Below are positions 1-10,906 of a DNA stretch of 64,000 bases, one piece after another (within the stretch, counting starts at the first letter, position 1; every line of letters starts with the position of its first letter). The position numbers and the translations under genes are program-made. The DNA lies in assembly GCA_040954595.2 (NCBI GenBank), contig CM082576.2:17717028-17781027 (forward strand), given 5' to 3'. This DNA comes from Balanoglossus misakiensis (taxonomy: Eukaryota; Animalia; Hemichordata). The notes beneath the pieces are model-generated. The model worked only from the letters and a program-made list of their open reading frames with translations. It was not told where the DNA came from and did not search any database.

Positions 1-1733
1 ATTGATTCTCCAAGTCTGAATGACTGTCTGCAGAAAGGGCCGCCATTATTGAATGATCTCACGTCAATATTGCTTCGATTTCGTATGAATCCTATCGCTC
101 TGACAAGTGACATTGAGAAGGCGTTTTTACAAGTGCGACTGGAGCCAGATGAACGTAAATATACAACATTTCTCTGGCTTTCAGATGTCAACAATCCAGA
201 GAGCTATTTCAAGACTTTTCAATTCAAGTCTGTGCTATTCGGGGCAGTATGTTTTCCGTTTATACTCAACGCAGTGGTTAAAACGCACATGGAGAATAAT
301 GCGGACAATCCGACAGCATCCGACCTAAAGAGTAACATTTACGTCGATAACGTTATTTCTGGATGTGACACCGAGGACGAAGCCATACAGTACTACAAAG
401 AATCCAACCAGCTGATGAAATCGTGTGGTTTCAATTTACGCTCATGGTCATCCAACAACGACAAAGTCCGTTCACTTGCATGCAGTGACAATAAACTTGA
501 TCCGACACCTGTTGTAAACTTATTGGGTTTACGTTGGCATACCGACCGTGATACATTGACATTCAAATCAATGAACCCACCGCTTACAAGTCAAATAACT
601 ACGAAACGCGACGTTGTCAGCGTCACAGCTTCGCTATACGATCCACTCGGTTTGCTTTCCCCAGTACATGTCAAAGGCAAGCTATTTATTCAAGAACTGT
701 GGAAACGCAAGTTAAATTGGGATGAACCGCTCGATGATGCGCTTACTGCGAAATGGGTGAAGATAGCCGCTGATCTACGTTCGAGTACAAGTACTACCGT
801 TTCGCGACATTAGTTTCCTTTAAAGACTGTCGAAGATTATGAACCGATGTCTTTGCAGACGCTAGTACACAAGCCTACGGTGCTGTCGTCTATCTGCGTA
901 ACCATGACAACAAAGCTACAGTTGTCATGGCGAAATCGAGAGTTGCTACCCTTTCGGACATTACGTTACCACGTTTGGAGCTGATGGCCGCATTGATTGC
1001 TACACGTCTGAGCAAATTTGTGTACAACGCCTTGTCAGAAAAGATAAGCATTTCGCGTCGTATTTTGTGGAGTGATTCGCAGATTGTATTGCATTGGATC
1101 AACAGTACCAAGAAGCTTCCGGTTTTTGTAGCCAATCGTGTTCGGGAAATAAATGAATTTCCCCACGTCTTCAAGTATTGTCCAACCGGGGACAATCCTG
1201 CTGATCTACTCACTCGAGGAATTAATGCTCTCGAACTTGAACAATCCACTCTCTGGTGGAATGGCCCATTCTGGCTTTCACAGAAAGGAAAATGGCCACT
1301 TTGCAGTTTATTTGAGAATCCAGTTCTACACGTTGCAACTGACCGTAATGACTCTGATCTACTTTCAACAGAAGACGAACTATCTCCTGTCAACCCCGTT
1401 GTCAAGGCAAACAAACCCCTGAAACGTCACGAGTCTACTCCATCTTCAACTACTACTGTGAAATCACCAACAACCGACATCGGAATTGAACATGTCATCG
1501 ATGTTGAGCGCTTTAATTCGCTGGAGAAGTTATTGCGAGTTACCACATACGTTTTACGATTCGTTTCACTACTGAAAGGCGAATCTTCACAAGTTCGCGG
1601 AACTTTAAACGTAGACGAAATGCAACGAGCTGAGCATGTGTGGATAAAAGATGTACAACAAATGCACTTTTCAAACGAGACTTGCGCCATACGAGAGAAC
1701 AATGCGAAATATGGTCCACTGGTGAAACAATAA
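1..1733 (+). pseudogene. pol: BEL/Pao LTR retrotransposon pol fragment (RT + RNase H/peptidase A17 region), broken and truncated
   Basis: ORF 49-813 has DIEKAFLQ, YVDN, GFNLRSW and YDPLG..SP motifs; ORF 927-1733 has AKSRVA, TLPRLEL, WSDSQIVLHWI, FVANRV and NPADLLTRG, all typical of BEL/Pao. Stop at 811-813 plus a frameshift; ends before integrase. Confidence 0.93.
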
Positions 1734-2158
1734 AAGTAATCATACCTGTAAAGCAACTAATGAGGTATCCCAATTAAAGAAATGCAATGGTATTCTAAAC
1801 ATTTCTATTGTAAGATATTTTTGGTTTGCTCGAATGAATAGCACACACTTCGTATTCAGCCAGGTGTTACACGAAGTGATGCGCTGAAAGGCATTACGTA
1901 ACAAAACACTAGCCCATTTCAACAAACCGCCACTGGAAATAAATGCGAAATTTCTCCTTGCAATTTTTATTTCGAGTATCTAGTTCACAGTATCACATAA
2001 AATGCCATGAATAGTGAAGGAAAATGTGAAATCCAATCATTATATGAGTGCCTTTCTTTATACACTGGGATCGAGCTTCGACCACGCGCAGGCAGCATGC
2101 CAGACAGAATACGACAACTGTATTCAGAAAGTACAAAAGACTAGGCAGTGAAAATTGG

Positions 2159-2380
2159 AGACCTACACATTAACCAATCAGGGAGCTGAAAATTGAATAC
2201 ATACATGTTAATAAGACCTAACCTACAAGGTCCTGCATAATGAGGCAGTGAACACTGCAGGACCAGACCTACACATTAACAAATCAGGGAGCTGTAACGT
2301 GAATAATACATAGTAATAAGACCTAACCTACAAGGTCTAGTGAATAATACATAATAATAAGACCTAACACATAAGGTCCC
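2159..2380. repeat. Short degenerate tandem repeats
   Basis: agacctacacattaac.aatcagggagctg x2 and taataagacctaac..acaaggtc x3. Confidence 0.6.
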
Positions 2381-2390
2381 TCCAATCAGC

Positions 2391-3452
2391 GTGCCTCAAG
2401 TGGACCTAAGATTACCAGATGGACCAATCACAGATGTCGGTACATATGTCATGGACCTGACTTATGAAACAGGACTACTAGAACCGGGAGATGTAGTACT
2501 GGTGAAGAACGTGAACCTAAGAGGCAAACAAAAGATAGCTGATAGATGGGAAGCACAACGTTACCGGGTGGTAAAAAGAGTGAATCCAGTTATCCATGTG
2601 TATATTGTACAATCAGAGGGACCAAATGGAAAGGAAAGAACACTCCACAGAAATCTTTTGTTACCATGCAGTTCGTTACCTATACCCTATCCGGACAGAC
2701 CGTTGAAACAAAGCCAACATGAAAACACAAGTCCAAGGGAACTAAGAATTCGACGACAAAAGAAGGAGAAAGACGACAGAGACTTGTATGAGACAGATAA
2801 AACCGAAGACAGAGACCTGTATGAGACAGAAGAAGAAGAATTGTGGGAACTCCTCATTCCTGCCAAACCAACTGATAGTAAAAGTTTAGTGCTAAAGTCA
2901 GTACCAGAGAGATGTCTGAATTCAGCCAACACTACATCGGCAACAGTGCAGAAAACCGCAGAGGGGACTTCCAGTGGTGCAGAGTCAGCCACAGAAGAAA
3001 ATTCATCCAATCAACCGATGCAGAAAACAGCCGATGTGACTTTCACCAGTTCCAATATTACCACAGCCACAGAGAAAGATCTACCAGATCAACTGAGGCA
3101 GAATTACACTGCAGCGGATGAAACAGCCGATACTATATCTACCGAAGTTGGTGGGGAAGACGAAGAAACACTTGATCCGAATGCAGTGAGTGAACAAGAG
3201 ACTGAAGTGAGTGACAGAACTTTGCCTAGACGATCGAGTAGAATCCGCAAACCTCCAGACAGATTTAGTTATGCACATATCTTCAATGAAGATTCCAACC
3301 GCAGAGATCCAACCAGTACACTGTTACCCATGTTCTTGCAAGTGATGGAAGGTCTACTACGCCATGACAACGGGAAATTGGCCAATGGGCACCCTCATCG
3401 ACAACAAATGGATGTTCTACCCGCAGACAGTACTGATGTGATGCCAGTTTGA
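2391..3452 (+). pseudogene. pol: Gypsy integrase C-terminal region (5'-truncated, internally deleted)
   Basis: LEPGDVVLVKN...IADRWE..RY.V...RTLHRNLLLPC and a terminal PRRSSRIRKPPDRFSY motif; followed by a polypurine tract (aaacgaggggag) and TGTAACA. Confidence 0.85.
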
Positions 3453-3493
3453 CCGCAAAGGTCGGGACAACCTTTTGATAAACGAGGGGAGTA

Positions 3494-4030
3494 TGTAACA
3501 TAAGGATATTTTGGCCCATCCGGACGTGGAGGGCGCTAATTAATGACACACCTGGTACACCTGGGTAAACTCTTTGCGCCAATAGAACTGACGTATTCAT
3601 CCGCACCACAGTATTTAAGTCTGGTGTGAAGGGGTCGAGGGGGAAGTCTTCATCCATTGGGGCAGCCAGCGGAGCTGAACTGAATTTGGGCGAGCGAATT
3701 CGGTCGTTGCCAGCAGAACTGAACGGAATTTTGTGAGCGCTTCCCGAATTCGGACATTGCCAGCGGAGCTGAACTGAATTGTGTGAGTGCTTCTTGGATT
3801 CGAATTGCCAGCAGAACTGAACGGAATTTCTGTGAGTGCTTCGCGAATTCGGACATTGCCAGCAGAACTGAACGGAGTTTCTGTGAGCGCTTCCCAATTT
3901 CTGACATTGCCAGCGGAGCTGTACTGAATTTTGGTGAGTGATTCTTGACTACGGACATTGCCAGCAGAACTGAACGGACATTGCCAGCGGAGCTGAACTG
4001 AATTTTGGTGACTGCTTCGCGAATTCGAAT
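3494..4030 (+). mobile_element. 3' LTR (first part) of the upstream Gypsy, interrupted by the Gmr1-like element
   Basis: Starts TGTAACA just after the PPT; CCAAT (~3579) and TATTTAA (~3612) precede the satellite. The LTR right end was not identified. Confidence 0.7.
3663..4030. repeat. ~45-50-bp satellite, left part
   Basis: Units like gccagcggagctgaac(tgaa)ggaattttgtgagcgcttcgcgaattcggacatt. Confidence 0.95.
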
Positions 4031-4773
4031 TGTTATGTAGGTTAGGTTTGCTGTTGTTTTGTGACCAGGTGTGTTTTCGCTTACTTTTGTAATTTGAATA
4101 TTTGCGTGACCAGGTGGGGTGCATTCATTATTTTCCCCATATAAAAAGCCCGCACGTTGTGTTGCGGCGTAGCTACTAATTTGGACTTGTCCGTATGAGC
4201 TGTTCTGTTCCTCGCCGGCTTGGAAGATGTGCCTTATTTCCTTATACACTGGTCTGGAAACCGCGCCCAGATTCTGTGCTGTATTTCATGCTGTCCTGGT
4301 CTGGGAACCGCGCCCAGAAGCTGTGTTATTTCATGCTGTCCTGGTCTGGAAACCGTGCCCCGAAGTCGTGCTACCTCATGGGGAATTCGTCCGAAAGCCG
4401 TGCTGTCTTCCGGGGAATTGTGCCAGAACGCTACTCGGACTGAACGTCGTTGTTGGGACTGCCGTGGTGCTGGTCGCGTTCGTCGTGCGCTACGGAAGCT
4501 TGGACTTTAGTTTTTCATTTGCCACACCTGGTCAAATCTAAGGTAGTCAATTATTTTACTGTGTTTTTTCCTCAGTGTACATTCATTTTACATGTACCAA
4601 TGTTTAGTTGTAGTAATTAAAAGTTTCCATAAGCAAGGAAATAACGTGTGGTGTGCCTATTGTTGACCGTCTTTGTTGCGTGCTGCGCTGGTTGGTTCAC
4701 CAAAGCGAGCCATTCGGTAAGTCTATTTGCTCACTGCCCTGTTTCGGAACTGAACGGCCAGCGTGTCGTAACA
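4031..4773 (+). repeat. 5' LTR of Gmr1-like element
   Basis: Direct repeat of 13681-14421, about 18 differences counted by eye; internal ~48-bp repeat ctggtctgg.aaccgcgccc x3. Confidence 0.97.
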
Positions 4774-4776
4774 AAT

Positions 4777-4794
4777 TGGGGGCTCGTCCGGGAT
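4777..4794 (+). promoter_or_regulatory. Primer binding site, tRNA-Pro
   Basis: TGGGGGCTCGTCCGGGAT, the 18-nt complement of the tRNA-Pro 3' end (same as the MLV PBS). Confidence 0.93.
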
Positions 4795-4850
4795 CTGATT
4801 TTTGATATTGATATTTTTCAGTTGGTACGCACGGTCAACAACAGTCTACA

Positions 4851-6088
4851 ATGGCTTCCACAGGGGAGTTCAAAGCCGCTGAGTTTGTTAAAAAAGAAAA
4901 TATATCTGTTGAGGATTTGAATCAATTGCGGAAGGCTGAATTAAAGCTTGTAGCTACTCATGTTGGCGTCAGCCTAGGTACTAATGTAACGAAACAAGAA
5001 ATTGTTGATGCTGTTTCTACTTATCTTGGTTTAACTAAACGTAGTATTGATAATACTGAGAGTGCTGCTGTGGAATTGGCGAAAATTGATCTCGAAAGAG
5101 AGAAATTAAGATTTATGCATGAAAGAGAAGAAGCGCAATTATTGAGAGAGAAAGAAAGAGAGGAAGCACAATTATTGAGAGAGAAAGAAAGAGAGGAAGC
5201 ACAATTATTGAGAGAGAAAGAAAGAGAAGAATTCGAGTTAAAGAAATTGGAATTAGAGATTCAATTATCACTGACTCCGGCCGCACACGAAGCATTCGTG
5301 GCCCAGAGTTTGATGTTACTAAATTTATTAAACTTGTTCCGAAATTTAGTGAAGGCGAGGTTGACACTTATTTCTTGGCGTTCGAAAAAATAGCCACACG
5401 ACTTGATTGGCCTCGTGAATATTGGACCCTATTGTTACAAAGTACGTTAGTAGGTAAAGCCCAGGAAGTGCTTTCTTCATTATCAGCGTCCCAGTCTGAA
5501 AATTATGACGTTGTTAAGGGGGCTATTTTGTCTGCATATGAATTAGTGCCAGAAGCATATAGACAAAAATTCAGAAATCTACGTAGGCAATTTGGTCACT
5601 CGTATGTCGAATTTGCCAGGGGAAACGAAGTTTTCTTTGACCGATGGTATCGTTCACTAAAAGTAGATAACGAATATGAGAGATTGAGGGAAGTAATATT
5701 AATGGAAGAGTTTAAGAATAGTATTCCTTTAGAAATAAGAACCCACCTTGATGAACATAAAGTTCAAGATTTAAATAGAGCAGCTGTCATTGCTGATGAT
5801 TACGAGTTAACTCATAAGAGGAGTAATCCTAGACTGTATAATTATAATAGAGATAATAAACGCCTTAATTATCATCAGCCAAGCGTTGAAACAAGAACAG
5901 TTTCACGAGATAAATCGGGTCAAACGCCAAATTCTCCTTCTAAATCATGGGAACGCAAGCGCCCACCTGCCTGTTTTCATTGCGGCAAAACAGGGCATGT
6001 CAAAGCCCAATGTTATCTATGGAAACGGGAGAATCAAAGCATAAGTAAACCTAATCAATCCAAAAGTGAGTGTTTCTGTTGGCAATAG
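4851..6088 (+). pseudogene. gag: gag of Gmr1-like element (frameshifted)
   Basis: ORFs 4851-5393 and 5375-6088; EREEAQLLREK 33-bp repeat x3, FEKIA...WP capsid/SCAN-like region, CFHCGKTGHVKAQC zinc knuckle. Confidence 0.9.
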
Positions 6089-6229
6089 CCTGGACTTAAT
6101 GGGGGAGGTTATCCTGTTCTAAAAACTGTCCACAATAATAATTGTATTCCAGCAGAGCCTATTCCAAAAGGCTACGAAAGTTTTTTGTCCATGGGTGAAA
6201 TCGCGTCATTTAATATCTGATGATAGGGA

Positions 6230-6760
6230 AATTAAACATGTTACAATACTGAGAGATACTGGGGCAGCTCAGTCATTAATGCTCCATGAGGTACTGCCAG
6301 CAAGCTCTTCTGGTTCAACACACTCTAAAAAAAACTCATCTTTTCAATCATATTTGTGATCGAATTTTTTAGGATCATCTTCTGTATGGTTTTTTTAAGA
6401 TGGAATTTTAATTGGGAATTTTAACTGAGACTTTTTAATTTTACTGCTGCTTTTATGATTCTTTTATCACCGTCTTTTGTAACTCGCACTGAGACGTATG
6501 TGTAGTGCGTGTAAGAAATAAATAAATATTATTATTATTATTAATGTATTAATTCAGGGCATTGACGGCAGTTTTGTATCTGTCCCACTTTATCATGTGA
6601 ATTTGAAGTCTGACTTGGTGACAGGCCCTGTTACAGTTGGTGTTGTACCTTCGCTACCAATACAGGGGGTAAATTTCCTTTTGGGTAACGATTTAGCTGG
6701 AGGCAAAGTTCAGGTTTCTCCCATACTCACTAATGTTCCGTCAGTCGAACAAAAGACAGA
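6230..6760 (+). pseudogene. Aspartic protease of Gmr1-like element, split by a short LINE-tail insertion
   Basis: ILRDTGAAQS...GSTHS | NVLIQGID...FLLGNDLAGG reads in frame once 6327-6542 is removed. Confidence 0.85.
6327..6542 (+). mobile_element. Short 5'-truncated L2-type 3' tail (or L2-dependent SINE)
   Basis: Ends gcactgagacg...agtgcgt...aagaa..aaatattattattatt, matching the 3' end of the L2 at 10236-10293. Confidence 0.75.
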
Positions 6761-6879
6761 ATATTTAAAAAAATGAGTTTCCAGGTATATTCCCATCATG
6801 TGTAGTTACCCGGTCACAGACACGCAATACGCAAGTAGATGAGGCAATTTCTGATGAGGGATCAAATTCGGGGGTTTGG

Positions 6880-8160
6880 TTGGCTGAAACATTTTTCACC
6901 GAGTTGAATAATGGAGAAAGTCAACCGGAAACAGACAGCTCAAAGGTTACATTCACTCAGTCTTCTCTCATACAGGAACAACAGCGTGACCCCACCTTGA
7001 ATGATTTAATGCAAAGAGCCTTATCAGAGACAGAAGCAAATAAAATACCAGAGTGCTATTATATTAAATCAGGCATCCTTATGAGAAAGTGGAGACCTCC
7101 AACTACTCCGGCTGACGAGGATTGGTCAGTAAAACACCAAATTGTAGTACCGCCATGTTATCGTTCTGAAATTCTACGTCTAGCTCACGAAATACCTATG
7201 GCTGGACATTTGGGAATTAGGAAAACCCAGTCCCGGGTTATGGCTCATTTCTATTGGCCCAAATTACACAAAGACGTGGTAGAGTATTGCAAGACATGTC
7301 ATACATGTCAAATTTTGGGCAAGCCCCAGCCATCGATTAAACCGGCTCCACTGATTCCCATTCCTGCTTTTGGGGAACCATTTAGTAAAGTTCTCATAGA
7401 CTGTGTTGGTCCTTTGCCTAGAACGAAAGCTGGTCATAAGTATCTGTTAACAATTTTAGACATGGCGACTAGATTTCCTGAAGCCATTCCGTTGAAAAAC
7501 ATTTCAACCAAAGTAGTAGTTGATGCCTTAACCCAGTTCTTTACTAGATATGGCCTGCCAAGGGAGGTTCAGACAGACCAGGGATCTAACTTTATGTCAG
7601 GATTATTTCAAGAAGTCATGTGTCACTTGGGAATTGACCAAATACACTCCACAACATGTTGAAAGCTTACTGTCTTGAATACCCAGGTGATTGGGATAAT
7701 GGCATTTCGTTTGTCTTGTTTGCTGCCAGGGATGCCCCGAATGAATCCACGGGTTTCAAACCTTTTGAACTTGTTTATGGGCACGAAGTTAGGGGACCTC
7801 TTAAACTAATCAAAGCGAAGTTCTTAAATAGTGACCAGAATGAGGTTAACCTCCTTGATTACGTCTCTTAATTTAGAGAGAGACTAACTACAGCCTGTGA
7901 TTTAGCCAAGAAGCATATTAAATTATCACAGCAAACCATGAAAAAACATTATGACAAAGGTAGTCAGGTTCGAATAGTTAAACCTGGGGATAAGGTACTT
8001 GTTTTGCTGCCACTTCAGGGGGAAGCCCTATATCTGCTAAGTTTAGTGGACCCTATAGAGTTGAAAAGAAAATAAATTCTGTCAATTACGTCATAAGTAC
8101 CCCTGATAGACGCAAGTCACGCAGAATTTGCCACATCAATATGCTAAAACAGTATTTTGA
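6880..8160 (+). pseudogene. Integrase of Gmr1-like element
   Basis: HHCC finger (AHEIPMAGHLG...CKTCHTC), IDCVGP, TDQGSNF; deletion near 7650 removing the catalytic E region; GPY module near 8050. Confidence 0.9.
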
Positions 8161-10906
8161 ACGAGAGGATGACCCTTCTCAACCATTAGGGTTAGCCACA
8201 ATTGCTCTCCAAAGTGACCATCACAATGTTGATTGTGATGAAGCAAACTCTGTTGACTTGAAAGTATGTGAGAATGCCCCACTTTCTGCCAAAATGTCAA
8301 ACTCCGAAGCGATTGCAAATTTACATACGACATTGAACCATTTGTCCGAGGACAAAATGGCCGACATTGTTGAACTTGTCAACGACCACATACATTTGTT
8401 TTCTGATGAGCCTGGTTGTACGTCCTTGGCCGAACACGATGTTGATGTTGATAATGCAACGCCAATAAAACAGCACCCGTATAGACTTAATCCATTTAAA
8501 TTAGCAAAGGTTCATGAAGAGATACAATACATATTAGACCATGACCTTGTTGAACCCAGCGAAAGTAGCTGGAGTTCCCCTATAGTATTGGCGCCTAAGT
8601 CTGATGGATCGGTTCGATTTTGTATTGATTACCGTAGAGTAAATTCTATAACTCGTTCTGACTCCTATCCGCTGCCACGAATTGAAGATTGTATTGATAA
8701 AGTTGGTAAAGCGAATTGTGTCACGAAAATTGATTTGCTAAAGGGTTACTGGCAAGTGCCTTTGTCTGAAAGAGCAAAGAAAATATCTGCTTTCACTACG
8801 CCAAAGGGCTTGTATCAGTTTAAAGTCATGTCATTCGGTATGAAGAACGCACCTGGCAGCCACCTTTCAAAGGTTTAATGAATAAGGTCACGACAGGCCT
8901 AGTATTTTGTGTTGTATACCTTGACGACATCCTAGTGTTCAGTGATACATGGGATGATCATTTAACCCATTTGAGAAAGTTATTTCAACGACTTTGTTAA
9001 GCTAATCTTGTAGTAAATCTTACCAAAAGTGAGTTTGCCAAAGCTAAAGTTGTGTATCTTGGACATGTCATTTGACACGATCGACCATGTCATTTGACAC
9101 GATCGACCATGATATTCTATTACACCGCCTCCGATCTAGATATGGCATCACTGGTACAGCACTTTCGTGGTTTCGATCATATCTTGCCGGTCGCACTCAT
9201 CGTGTCAAGATTGGAACTGTGTTTTCTCATCATTTGCAAGTGAAGTATGGCGTTCCACAGGGATCTGTCCTCGGGCCAATTTTATTCACGCTCTACACAG
9301 CACCACTATAGGATATTATAGTAGGCCATAATCTTGACTATATGATGTACGCTGATGACACACAGATGTACATTATCTGATATAAACCTGAAGATGTTAG
9401 CGGCGGCGTTGAAATGTGCGTTGATGATATTCGCGGATGGATGAGAAGTAACATGCTGGTGCTGAACGATAACAAGACCGAAGTTATTCATTTTTCATCA
9501 CGCTTGAAACACGATATGGCAGAACTGCATAACCCCAGGATTGGTAAACTTAACATCACTCCCTCTCCTTTCGTTCGGAATCTTGGTGTTATTCTCAACA
9601 GGGATGGCTTCATGTGTGAACATATCAGTCAACTTTGTAGGAACGCATATTTCTCTTTATCAAGAATCAGTAAAAATCGTAAATTACTCGACAAGCCCAC
9701 TACCGAGAAACTCATTCATGCATTCGTTACCTCTAGACTCGACTATTGTAACAGTCTGTTCTATGGCATCTCAAATGACCAGCTGATCCGTATGCAGTCT
9801 GTTCAAAAATGCAGCAGCCCGTCTCGTCACAGGTACACGCAAATATGACCACATCACTCCTGTTTTCATTGATTTACACTGGTTACCTGTGAAAGCTCGT
9901 ATACAATTCAAAATTTTATAGACTACTTTTAAGATTGTTAGAGGTGGTGCACCGCTTTATCTGACCGATTTAATTGATCTGTACGTACCGTCAAGAAATC
10001 TGCGATCTTCTGAGAAATTACGTTTAACTCCTCCTCGCGGATATTTTAATAAGTCCTATGGTCAGAGAGCTTTTTCGGTATGTGTCCCTTTGCTGTGGAA
10101 TGCACTGCCTTCAGAAATTCGTTGTGCCAGAAATACTACTTCTTTTAAACGTTGTTTGAAGACCCATCTTTTTAACAAGTTTTACTCGTAACTGTAGTAG
10201 TTGTTTTTTGTATCTTTTTAATACTTGTGTTCAGCGCACTGAGACGTTTGTGGAGTGCGTTTTTAAGAATTAAATATTATTATTATTATTATTTCATAGG
10301 TCAAGGTCAAGTGACCCCAAGAATGGCGAAGATCAAAGCCATTGTAGAATTTCCAGTCCCAACAAATAAACGGGAACTGCTCCGTTTTCTTGGCATGTTT
10401 GGCTTCTACCGGAAGTTTTGTGCTAATTACAGCACTATCGTTGCACCTCTTACCGACTTACTCAAAAAGAGTGTCAAGTATGAATGGGCTGACAATTGTC
10501 AGAATGCATTTGAGATGGTTAAAGCCATTCTGGTAAGTGAGCCGGTACTAGTAGCTCCAGATTTTAGTAAGCCTTTCAAATTGGCCATTGACGCTAGCGA
10601 TGTCGGAATCGGAGCAGTTCTACTTCAGGATGGTGATTCGGGGATTGAAAAACATGTCAGTTATTTCTCCAGGAAATTAAACAAACCTCAGAAAGCCTAT
10701 AGTACCATTGATAAAGCGGCTTTTGGTCTGGTATCAGCTCTTCAGCATTTTTAAATATATGTAACAAATAGAGCTGGTCCTACCACAGTATACACGGACC
10801 ACAATCCACTTGTATTTCTTGACAAGTTCAAAACAAAAAGTACCAGATTGTTCCGCTGGAGTTTACTACTACAGCCGTATTCAATTAAAATTGTGCATAT
10901 TTCTGG
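8141..10906 (+). pseudogene. pol: RT and RNase H of Gmr1-like element, interrupted by L2 and YR-retroelement insertions
   Basis: PIKQHPYR, RFCIDYR, DLLKGYWQ, YLDD, YLGHVI | GQGQV...DASDVGIGAVL...TDHNPL...HISG; the protein resumes as KENVIPDALSR at ~13549. Confidence 0.92.
9072..10293 (+). mobile_element. 5'-truncated L2-clade LINE (RT C-half, 3' UTR, (TTA)n tail)
   Basis: [45 protein letters not shown] and LHWLPV motifs; (tta)n tail; tcat at both junctions. Confidence 0.93.

Noticed and set aside
4777-4794. tRNA gene fragments (also at 17057, ~30520, ~42010)
   Set aside because: These are primer binding sites next to LTRs, not tRNA genes.
6321-6335. CACTCTAAAAA as an EnSpm/CACTA terminus
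   Set aside because: cactct reads in frame as host protease (H-S) and no partner TIR exists.
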